From Eledone cirrhosa (lineage: Eukaryota): a stretch of 64,000 nt of DNA. Shown piece after piece: positions 46,861 to 60,600 of the stretch (position 1 is its first letter; each line of letters begins with the position of its first letter). Position numbers and translations under genes: made by a program. Below the pieces are notes generated by a model. The model was not told the DNA's origin. It saw only the letters and a list, made by a program, of their open reading frames with translations, and searched no databases. The stretch lies in the NCBI GenBank assembly GCA_964016885.1, contig OZ024744.1, forward strand, positions 110,732,001 to 110,796,000. Reading direction: 5' to 3'.

Positions 46861-48179
46861 CACAATCCACTATAAGTTACCTTGCTCTGAACACAGTAAA
46901 ACTACACAATCTACTATAACTTAACTGGCCCTGAACACAGTAAAACTACACAATCCATAATAAGTTACCTTGCTCTGAACATAGTAAAACTACACAATCC
47001 ACTATAACTTACTTTGCCCTGAACACAGTAAAACTACACAAACAACTATAAATTACCTTACCCTGAACACAGTAAAACTACACGATCCACTATAACTTAC
47101 TTTGCCCTGAACACAGTAAAACTACACAATCCACTATACATTACCTTGCCCTGAACACACTAAAACTACACAATCCACTATAACTTACTTTGCCCTGAAC
47201 ACAGTAAAACTACACAATCCACTATAACTTAACTGGCCCTGAACACAGTAAAACTACACAATCCATAATAAGTTACCTTGCTCTGAACAGAGTAAAACTA
47301 CACAATGCACTATACCTTACCTTGCCCTGAAAACAGTAAAACTACACAATCCACTATAGCTTACCTTGCCCTGAACACATTAAAACTACACAATCCACTA
47401 TAACTTACCTTGCCCTGAACAAAGTAAAACTACACAATCCACTATAAATTACCTTACCCAGAACACAGTAAAACTACACAATCCACTATAACTTACCTTG
47501 CCCTGAACACATTAAAACTATACAATCCACGATAACTTACCTTGCCCTGAACACAGTAAAACAACACAATCCACTATAAATTACCTTAACCTGAACACAG
47601 TAAAACTACACAATCCACTATAACTTACTTTGCCCTGAACCCAGTAAAACTACACAATCCACTAAAAATTACCTTGCCCTGAACACAGTAAAACTACAGA
47701 ATCCACTATAACTTACCTTGCCCAGAACAAAGTAAAACTATGTAATCCACTATAACTTATGTTGCCCTGAACACAGTAAAATTACACAATCCACTATAGC
47801 TTACCTTGCCCTGATCACAGTAAAACTACACAATCACTATAACTTTTTTTGCCCTGAACACAGTAAAACTACACGAACCACTATAAATTACCTTGCTCTA
47901 AACACAGTAAAGCTAGACAATCCACTATAACTTACCTTGCCCTGAACACAGCAAAACTACAAAATCCCCTATAACTTAACTGGCCCTGAACACAGTAAAA
48001 CTACACAATCCACTTTAACTTAACTGGCCCGGAACACACTAATCTACAGAATCCACTATAACTTACCTTGCTCTGAACACAGGAAAACTACACAATCCAC
48101 TATAACTGAACTGGCCCTGAACACAGTAAAACTACACAATCCACTATAACTTAATTGGCCCTGAACGCAGTAAAACTAC

Positions 48180-51100
48180 ACAGTCCACTATAACTTAACT
48201 GGCCCTGAACACAGTAAAACTAAACAATCCACTATAACTCACATTGCCCTGAACACAGTAAAACTAAACAAACCACTATAAATTACCTTGCCCTGAACAC
48301 AGTAAAATTACACAATCCACTATAGTTTACCTTGCCCTGAACACAGTAAAACTACACAATCCACTATAAATTACTTTGCCCTGAACACAGTAAAACTACA
48401 CAATCCACTATAAATTGCCTTGCCCTGAACACAGTAAAACTACTTAATTAACTATAACTTACCTTGCCCTGAACACAGTAAAACTACACAATACACTATA
48501 CCTAACCTTGCCCTGAACACAGTAAAACTACACAATCCACTATAACTTACCTTGCCCTGAACACAGTAAACTACAGAATCCACTATAACTTACCTTGCCC
48601 AGAACAAATTAAAACTACGTAATCCACTATATCTTACCTTGCCCTCAACACAGTAAAACTACACAATCCACTATAGCTTACATTGCTCTGAACACAGTAA
48701 AACTACACAATCCACTATAACTTAACTGGCCCTGAACACAGTAAAACTACACAATCCACTATAACTTACCTTGCCCTGAACACAGTAAAACTAAACAATC
48801 CACTATAACTCACATTGCCCTGAACACAGTAAAACTAAACAAACCACTATAAATTACCTTGCCCTGAACACAGTAAAATTACACAATCCACTATAGTTTA
48901 CCTTGCCCTGAACACAGTAAAACTACACAATCCACTATAAATTACTTTGCCCTGAACACAGTAAAACTACACAATCCACTATAAATTGCGTTGCCCTGAA
49001 AATTGTAAAACTACTTAATTAACTATAACTTACCTTGCCCTGAACACAGTAAAACTACACAATACACTATACCTAACCTTGCCCTGAACACAGTAAAACT
49101 ACACAATCCACTATAACTTAACTGGCCCTGAACACAGTAAAACTACACAATCCACTATAACTAAACTGGCCCTGAACACAGTAAAACTACACAATCCACT
49201 ATAACTTACCTTGCCCTGAACACAGTAAAACTACACTATCCACTATAACTTAACTGGCCCTGAACACAGTAAAACTACACAATCCACTATAACTTAACTG
49301 GCCCTGAACACAGTAAAACTACACAATCCACTATAAGTTACCTTGCTCTGAACACAGTAAAACTACACAATCCACTATAACTTAACTGGCCCTGAACACA
49401 GTAAACCTACACAATCCACTATAACTTACCTTGCGCTGAACACAGTAAAACTACATAATCCACTATAACTTACCTTGCCCTAAACACAGTAAAACTACTA
49501 TAATTCACTATAACTTACCTTGCCCTGAACACAGTAAAACTACACAATCCACTATACTTAACCTTGCCCTGAACACAGTAAAATTACACAATCCACTATA
49601 ACTTACCTTGCTCTGAACACAGTAAAACTACACAATCCACTATACCTTACCTTGCTCTGAACACAGTAAAACTACAGAATCCACTATAACTTACCTTGCC
49701 CTGAACACAGTAAAACTACACAAACATCTATAAATTACCTTGCTCTAAACACAGTAAGACTACACAATCCACTATAACTTACCTTGCCCTGAACAATTTA
49801 AAACTACACAATCCACTATAATTTACCTTGCCCTGAACACAGTAAAACTACACAATCCACTATAACTTACTTTGCCCTGAATACAGTCAAACTACACAAA
49901 CCACTATAACTTACCTTGCCCTGAAAAGAGTAAAACTACACAATCCACTATAAATTGCCTTGCCCTGAACACAGTAAAACTACTTAATTAACTATAACTT
50001 ACCTTGCCCTGAACACAGTAAAACTACACAATACACTATACCTAACCTTGCCCTGAACACAGTAAAACTACACAATCCACTATAACTTACCTTGCCCTGA
50101 ACACAGTAAACTACAGAATCCACTATAACTTACCTTGCCCAGAACAAATTAAAACTACGTAATCCACTATATCTTACCTTGCCCTCAACACAGTAAAACT
50201 ACACAATCCACTATAGCTTACATTGCTCTGAACACAGTAAAACTACACAATCCACTATAACTTAACTGGCCCTGAACACAGTAAAACTACACAATCCACT
50301 ATAACTTACCTTGCCCTGAACACAGTAAAACTAAACAATCCACTATAACTCACATTGCCCTGAACACAGTAAAACTAAACAAACCACTATAAATTACCTT
50401 GCCCTGAACACAGTAAAATTACACAATCCACTATAGTTTACCTTGCCCTGAACACAGTAAAACTACACAATCCACTATAAATTACTTTGCCCTGAACACA
50501 GTAAAACTACACAATCCACTATAAATTGCCTTGCCCTGAAAATTGTAAAACTACTTAATTAACTATAACTTACCTTGCCATGAACACAGTAAAACTACAC
50601 AATACACTATACCTAACCTTGCCCTGAACACTGTAAAACTACACAATCCACTATAACTTAATTGGCCCTGAACACAGTAAAACTACACAATCCACTATAA
50701 CTTAACTGGCCCTGAACACAGTAAAACTACACAATCCACTATAACTAAACTGGCCCTGAACACAGTAAAACTACACAATCCACTATAACTTACCTTGCCC
50801 TGAACACAGTAAAACTACACTATCCACTATAACTTAACTGGCCCTGAACACAGTAAAACTACACAATCCACTATAACTTAACTGGCCCTGAACACAGTAA
50901 AACTACACAATCCACTATAAGTTACCTTGCTCTGAACACAGTAAAACTACACAATCCACTATAACTTAACTGGCCCTGAACACAGTAAAACTACACAATC
51001 CACTATAACTTACCTTGCGCTGAACACAGTAAAACTACATAATCCACTATAACTTACCTTGCCCTAAACACAGTAAAACTACTATAATTCACTATAACTT

Positions 51101-54100
51101 ACCTTGCCCTGAACACAGTAAAACTACACAATCCACTATACTTAACCTTGCCCTGAACACAGTAAAATTACACAATCCACTATAACTTACCTTGCTCTGA
51201 ACACAGTAAAACTACACAATCCACTATACCTTACCTTGCTCTGAACACAGTAAAACTACAGAATCCACTATAACTTACCTTGCCCTGAACACAGTAAAAC
51301 TACACAAACATCTATAAATTACCTTGCTCTAAACACAGTAAGACTACACAATCCACTATAACTTACCTTGCCCTGAACAATTTAAAACTACACAATCCAC
51401 TATAATTTACCTTGCCCTGAACACAGTAAAACTACACAATCCACTATAAATTATCTTACCCTGAACACAGTAAAACTACACAATCCACTATAACTTACTT
51501 TGCCCTGAATACAGTCAAACTACACAAACCACTATAACTTACCTTGCCCTGAAAAGAGTAAAACTACACAATCCACTATAAATTACCTTGCCCCGAACAC
51601 AGTAAAACTACACAATCCACTATAACCTACTTTGCCATGAACACAGTAAAACTACACAATCCACTATAACTTACCTTGCCCTGAAAACAGTAAAACTACA
51701 CAATCCACTATAACTGAACTGGCCCTGAACACAGTAAAACTACACAAACAACTATAAATTACCTTACCCTGAACACAGTAAGACTACACAATCCACTTTA
51801 ACTTACTTTGCCCTGAACACAGTAAAACTACACAAACCACTATAACTTACCTTGCCCTGAAAACAGTAAAACTACACGATCCACTATAAATTACCTAGCC
51901 CTGAAAACAGTAAAACTACACAATCCACTATAAATTACCTTGCCCTGAACACAGTAAAACTACACAATCCACTATACTTTACCTTGCCCTGAACACAGTA
52001 AAACTACACAATCCACTATAACTGAACTGGCCCTGAACACATTAAAACTACACAAGCCACTATAACTTACCTTGCCCTGAACACACTAAAACTACACAAT
52101 CCACTATAACTTACCTTGCCCTGATCACAGTAAAGCTACACAATCACTATAACTTGTTTCGCCCTGAACACAGTAAAACTACACAAACCACTATAAATTA
52201 CCTTGCCCTGAACACAGTAAAACTACACAATCCACTATAGTTTACCTTGCCCTGAACACACTCAAACTACACAATCCTCTATAACTTATCTTGCCCTGAA
52301 CACAGTAAAACTACTTAATTCACTATAACTTACATTGCGCTGAACACAGTAAAACTACACAATCCACTATACCTTACCTTGCCCTGAACACAGTAAAACT
52401 ACACAAGCAACTATAACTTACCTTGCTCTGAACACATTAAAACTACACAATCCACTATACCTTACCTTACCCTTAACACAGTAAAACTACACAACCAACT
52501 ATAGCTTACATTGCTCTGAACACAGTAAAACTACACAATCCACTATAGCTTAGCTTGCCCTGAAAACAGTAGAACTACACAATCCACTATAAGTTACCTT
52601 GCCCTGAACACATTAAAACTACACAATCCACTATAACTTACCTTGCACTGAACACAGTAAAACTACACTATCCACTATAAATTACCTTGCTCTAAACACA
52701 ATAAAGCTAGACAATCCACTATAACTTACCTTGCCCTGAACACAGGAAAACTACACAATCCACTATAACTTAACTGGCCCTGAACACAGTAAACTACACA
52801 ATCGACTATGACTTACCTTGCCCAGAACAAATTAAAACGACGTAATCCACTATACCTTACCTTGCCCTGAACACAGTAAAACTACACAATCCACTATAAC
52901 TTACTTTGCCCTGAACACAGTAAAACTACAATAACAACTATAAGTTACCTTGCTCTAAACACTGTTAAACTACACAAGCGACTATAACTTACCTTGCCCT
53001 GAACACATTAAAACTACACAATCCACTATAACTTACCTTGCCCTGAACACAGTAAAACTACACAATCCACTATAACTTACTTTGCCCTGAACACAGTAAA
53101 ACTACACAAACAACTATAAATTACCTTGCTCTAAACACAGTAAAACTACACAATCCACTATAACTTACCTTGCCCTGAACAATTTAAAACTACACAATCC
53201 ACTATAATTTACCTTGCCCTGAACACAGTAAACTACACATTCCACTATAACTTAACTGGCCCTGAACACAGTAAACTACAGAATCCACTATAACATACCT
53301 TGCCCTGAACACAGTAAAACTACACAATACACTATACCTAACCTTGCCCTGAACACAGTAAAACTACACAATCCACTATAACTTAATTGGCGCTGAACAC
53401 AGTAAAACTACACAATCCACTATAACTTAACTGGCCCTGAACACAGTAAAACTACACAATCCACTATAACTAAACTGGCCCTGAACACAGTAAAACTACA
53501 CAATCCACTATAACTTACCTTGCCCTGAACACAGAAAAACTACACTATCCACTATAACTTAACTGGCCCTGAACACAGTAAAACTACACAATCCACTATA
53601 ACTTAACTGGCCCTGAACACAGTAAAACTACACAATCCACTATAAGTTACCTTGCTCTGAACACAGTAAAACTACACAATCCACTATAACTTAACTGGCC
53701 CTGAACACAGTAAAACTACACAATCCACTATAACTTACCTTGCGCTGAACACAGTAAAACTACATAATCCACTATAACTTACCTTGCCCTAAACACAGTA
53801 AAACTACTATAATTCACTATAACTTACCTTGCCCTGAACACAGTAAATCTACACAATCCACTATACTTAACCTTGCCCTGAACACAGTAAAATTACACAA
53901 TCCACTATAACTTACCTTGCTCTGAACACAGTAAAACTACACAATCCACTATACCTTACCTTGCTCTGAACACAGTAAAACTACAGAATCCACTATAACT
54001 TACCTTGCCCTGAACACAGTAAAACTACACAAACATCTATAAATTACCTTGCTCTAAACACAGTAAGACTACACAATCCACTATAACTTACCTTGCCCTG

Positions 54101-57100
54101 AACAATTTAAAACTACACAATCCACTATAATTTACCTTGCCCTGAACACAGTAAAACTACACAATCCACTATAAATTACCTTACCCTGAACACAGTAAAA
54201 CTACACAATCCACTATAACTTACTTTGCCCTGAATACAGTCAAACTACACAAACCACTATAACTTACCTTGCCCTGAAAAGAGTAAAACTACACAATCCA
54301 CTATAAATTGCCTTGCCCTGAACGCAGTAAAACTACTTAATTAACTATAACTTACCTTGCCCTGAACACAGTAAAACTACACAATACACTATACCTAACC
54401 TTGCCCTGAACACAGTAAAACTACACAATCCACTATAACTTACCTTGCCCTGAACACAGTAAACTACAGAATCCACTATAACTTACCTTGCCCAGAACAA
54501 ATTAAAACTACGTAATCCACTATATCTTACCTTGCCCTCAACACAGTAAAACTACACAATCCACAATAGCTTACATTGCTCTGAACACAGTAAAACTACA
54601 CAATCCACTATAACTTAACTGGCCCTGAACACAGTAAAACTACACAATCCACTATAACTTACCTTGCCCTGAACACAGTAAAACTAAACAATCCACTATA
54701 ACTCACATTGCCCTGAACACAGTAAAACTAAACAAACCACTATAAATTACCTTGCCCTGAACACAGTAAAATTACACAATCCACTATAGTTTACCTTGCC
54801 CTGAACACAGTAAAACTACACAATCCACTATAAATTACTTTGCCCTGAACACAGTAAAACTACACAATCCACTATAAATTGCCTTGCCCTGAAAATTGTA
54901 AAACTACTTAATTAACTATAACTTACCTTGCCCTGAACACAGTAAAACTACACAATACACTATACCTAACCTTGCCCTGAACACTGTAAAACTACACAAT
55001 CCACTATAACTTAATTAGCCCTGAACACAGTAAATCTACACAATCCACTATAACTTAACTGGCCCTGAACACAGTAAAACTACACAATCCACTATAACTA
55101 AACTGGCCCTGAACACAGTAAAACTACACAATCCACTATAACTTAACTGGCCCTGAACACAGTAAAACTACACAATCCACTATAAGTTACCTTGCTCTGA
55201 ACACAGTAAAACTACACAATCCACTATAACTTAACTGGCCCTGAACACAGTAAAACTACACAATCCACTATAACTTACCTTGCGCTGAACACAGTAAAAC
55301 TACATAATCCACTATAACTTACCTTGCCCTAAACACAGTAAAACTACTATAATTCACTATAACTTACCTTGCCCTGAACACAGTAAAACTACACAATCCA
55401 CTATACTTAACCTTGCCCTGAACACAGTAAAATTACACAATCCACTATAACTTACCTTGCTCTGAACACAGTAAAACTACACAATCCACTATACCTTACC
55501 TTGCTCTGAACACAGTAAAACTACAGAATCCACTATAACTTACCTTGCCCTGAACACAGTAAAACTACACAAACATCTATAAATTACCTTGCTCTAAACA
55601 CAGTAAGACTACACAATCCACTATAACTTACCTTGCCCTGAACAATTTAAAACTACACAATCCACTATAATTTACCTTGCCCTGAACACAGTAAAACTAC
55701 ACAATCCACTATAAATTACCTTACCCTGAACACAGTAAAACTACACAATCCACTATAAGTTACCTTGCTCTGAACACAGTAAAACTACACAATCCACTAT
55801 AACTTAACTGGCCCTGAACACAGTAAAACTACACAATCCACTATAACTTACCTTGCGCTGAACACAGTAAAACTACATAATCCACTATAACTTACCTTGC
55901 CCTAAACACAGTAAAACTACTATAATTCACTATAACTTACCTTGCCCTGAACACAGTAAAACTACACAATCCACTATACTTAACCTTGCCCTGAACACAG
56001 TAAAATTACACAATCCACTATAACTTACCTTGCTCTGAACACAGTAAAACTACACAATCCACTATACCTTACCTTGCTCTGAACACAGTAAAACTACAGA
56101 ATCCACTATAACTTACCTTGCCCTGAACACAGTAAAACTACACAAACATCTATAAATTACCTTGCTCTAAACACAGTAAGACTACACAATCCACTATAAC
56201 TTACCTTGCCCTGAACAATTTAAAACTACACAATCCACTATAAATTACCTTGCCCCGAACACAGTAAAACTACACAATCCACTATAACTTACTTTGCCAT
56301 GAACACAGTAAAACTACACAATCCACTATAACTTACCTTGCCCTGAAAACAGTAAAACTACACAATCCACTATAACTGAACTGGCCCTGAACACAGTAAA
56401 ACTACACAAACAACTATAAATTACCTTACCCTGAACACAGTAAGACTACACAATCCACTTTAACTTACTTTGCCCTGAACACAGTAAAACTACACAAACC
56501 ACTATAACTTACCTTGCCCTGAAAACAGTAAAACTACACGATCCACTATAAATTACCTAGCCCTGAAAACAGTAAAACTACACAATCCACTATAAATTAC
56601 CTTGCCCTGAACACAGTAAAACTACACAATCCACTATACTTTACCTTGCCCTGAACACAGTAAAACTACACAATCCACTATAACTGAACTGGCCCTGAAC
56701 ACATTAAAACTACACAAGCCACTATAACTTACCTTGCCCTGAACACACTAAAACTACACAATCCACTATAACTTACCTTGCCCTGATCACAGTAAAACTA
56801 CACAATCACTATAACTTGTTTCGCCCTGAACACAGTAAAACTACACAAACCACTATAAATTACCTTGCCCTGAACACAGTAAAACTACACAATCCACTAT
56901 AGTTTACCTTGCCCTGAACACACTCAAACTACACAATCCTCTATAACTTATCTTGCCCTGAACACAGTAAAACTACTTAATTCACTATAACTTACATTGC
57001 GCTGAACACAGTAAAACTACACAATCCACTATACCTTACCTTGCCCTGAACACCGTAAAACTACACAATCCACTATAACTTACCTTGCTCTGAACACATT

Positions 57101-60100
57101 AAAACTACACAATCCACTATACCTTACCTTACCCTTAACACAGTAAAACTACACAACCAACTATAGCTTACATTGCTCCGAACACAGTAAAACTACACAA
57201 TCCACTATAGCTTAGCTTGCCCTGAAAACAGTAGAACTACACAATCCACTATAAATTACCTTGCTCTAAACACAATAAAGCTAGACAATCCACTATAACT
57301 TACCTTGCCCTGAACACAGGAAAACTACACAATCCACTATAACTTAACTGGCCCTGAACACAGTAAACTACACAATCGACTATGACTTACCTTGCCCAGA
57401 ACAAATTAAAACGACGTAATCCACTATACCTTACCTTGCCCTGAACACAGTAAAACTACACAATCCACTATAACTTACTTTGCCCTGAACACAGTAAAAC
57501 TACAATAACAACTATAAATTACCTTGCTCTAAACACTGTTAAACTACACAAGCGACTATAACTTACCTTGCCCTGAACACATTAAAACTACACAATCCAC
57601 TATAACTTACCTTGCCCTGAACACAGTAAAACTACACAATCCACTATAACTTACTTTGCCCTGAACACAGTAAAACTACACAAACAACTATAAATTACCT
57701 TGCTCTAAACACAGTAAAACTACACAATCCACTATAACTTACCTTGCCCTGAACAATTTAAAACTACACAATCCACTATAATTTACCTTGCCCTGAACAC
57801 AGTAAACTACACATTCCACTATAACTTAACTGGCCCTGAACACAGTAAACTACAGAATCCACTATAACATACCTTGCCCTGAACACAGTAAAACTACACA
57901 ATACACTATACCTAACCTTGCCCTGAACACAGTAAAACTACACAATCCACTATAACTTAATTGGCCCTGAACACAGTAAAACTACACAATCCACTATAAC
58001 TTAACTGGCCCTGAACACAGTAAAACTACACAATCCACTATAACTAAACTGGCCCTGAACACAGTAAAACTACACAATCCACTATAACTTACCTTGCCCT
58101 GAACACAGTAAAACTACACTATCCACTATAACTTAACTGGCCCTGAACACAGTAAAACTACACAATCCACTATAACTTAACTGGCCCTGAACACAGTAAA
58201 ACTACACAATCCACTATAAGTTACCTTGCTCTGAACACAGTAAAACTACACAATCCACTATAACTTAACTGGCCCTGAACACAGTAAAACTACACAATCC
58301 ACTATAACTTACCTTGCGCTGAACACAGTAAAACTACATAATCCACTATAACTTACCTTGCCCTAAACACAGTAAAACTACTATAATTCACTATAACTTA
58401 CCTTGCCCTGAACACAGTAAAACTACACAATCCACTATACTTAACCTTGCCCTGAACACAGTAAAATTACACAATCCACTATAACTTACCTTGCTCTGAA
58501 CACAGTAAAACTACACAATCCACTATACCTTACCTTGCTCTGAACACAGTAAAACTACAGAATCCACTATAACTTACCTTGCCCTGAACACAGTAAAACT
58601 ACACAAACATCTATAAATTACCTTGCTCTAAACACAGTAAGACTACACAATCCACTATAACTTACCTTGCCCTGAACAATTTAAAACTACACAATCCACT
58701 ATAATTTACCTTGCCCTGAACACAGTAAAACTACACAATCCACTATAAATTACCTTACCCTGAACACAGTAAAACTACACAATCCACTATAACTTACTTT
58801 GCCCTGAATACAGTCAAACTACACAAACCACTATAACTTACCTTGCCCTGAAAAGAGTAAAACTACACAATCCACTATAAATTACCTTGCCCCGAACACA
58901 GTAAAACTACACAATCCACTATAACTTACTTTGCCATGAACACAGTAAAACTACACAATCCACTATAACTTACCTTGCCCTGAAAACAGTAAAACTACAC
59001 AATCCACTATAACTGAACTGGCCCTGAACACAGTAAAACTACAGAAACAACTATAAATTACCTTACCCTGAACACAGTAAGACTACACAATCCACTTTAA
59101 CTTACTTTGCCCTGAACACAGTAAAACTACACAAACCACTATAACTTACCTTGCCCTGAAAACAGTAAAACTACACGATCCACTATAAATTACCTAGCCC
59201 TGAAAACAGTAAAACTACACAATCCACTATAAATTAACTTGCCCTGAACACAGTAAAACTACACAATCCACTATACTTTACCTTGCCCTGAACACAGTAA
59301 AACTACACAATCCACTATAACTGAACTGGCCCTGAACACATTAAAACTACACAAGCCACTATAACTTACCTTGCCCTGAACACACTAAAACTACACAATC
59401 CACTATAACTTACCTTGCCCTGATCACAGTAAAACTACACAATCACTATAACTTGTTTCGCCCTGAACACAGTAAAACTACACAAACCACTATAAATTAC
59501 CTTGCCCTGAACACAGTAAAACTACACAATCCACTATAGTTTACCTTGCCCTGAACACACTCAAACTACACAATCCTCTATAACTTATCTTGCCCTGAAC
59601 ACAGTAAAACTACTTAATTCACTATAACTTACATTGCGCTGAACACAGTAAAACTACACAATCCACTATACCTTACCTTGCCCTGAACACAGTAAAACTA
59701 CACAATCCACTATAACTTACCTTGCTCTGAACACATTAAAACTACACAATCCACTATACCTTACCTTACCCTTAACACAGTAAAACTACACAACCAACTA
59801 TAGCTTACATTGCTCTGAACACAGTAAAACTACACAATCCACTATAGCTTAGCTTGCCCTGAAAACAGTAGAACTACACAATCCACTATAAGTTACCTTG
59901 CCCTGAACACATTAAAACTACACAATCCACTATAACTTACCTTGCACTGAACACAGTAAAACTACACTATCCACTATAAATTACCTTGCTCTAAACACAA
60001 TAAAGCTAGACAATCCACTATAACTTACCTTGCCCTGAACACAGGAAAACTACACAATCCACTATAATTTAACTGGCCCTGAACACAGTAAACTACACAA

Positions 60101-60600
60101 TCGACTATGACTTACCTTGCCCAGAACAAATTAAAACGACGTAATCCACTATACCTTACCTTGCCCTGAACACAGTAAAACTACACAATCCACTATAACT
60201 TACTTTGCCCTGAACACAGTAAAACTACAATAACAACTATAAATTACCTTGCTCTAAACACTGTTAAACTACACAAGCGACTATAACTTACCTTGCCCTG
60301 AACACATTAAAACTACACAATCCACTATAACTTACCTTGCCCTGAACACAGTAAAACTACACAATCCACTATAACTTACTTTGCCCTGAACACAGTAAAA
60401 CTACACAAACAACTATAAATTACCTTGCTCTAAACACAGTAAAACTACACAATCCACTATAACTTACCTTGCCCTGAACAATTTAAAACTACACAATCCA
60501 CTATAATTTACCTTGCCCTGAACACAGTAAACTACACATTCCACTATAACTTAACTGGCCCTGAACACAGTAAACTACAGAATCCACTATAACATACCTT
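48180..60600 (+). repeat. Distinct sub-domain with nested 13-, 35/36-, 56-62- and 99-106-monomer periodicities
   Basis: cacattgccc preceded by aact at 48240/48811/50351/54704 (+571, +1540, +4353). 45-bp unit aaaactactataattc at 49491/51075/53800/55340/55913/58374 (+1584, +2725, +1540, +573, +2461). aacttgtttcg at 52151/56813/59450. atcgactatg at 52801/57375/60100. Confidence 0.88.
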
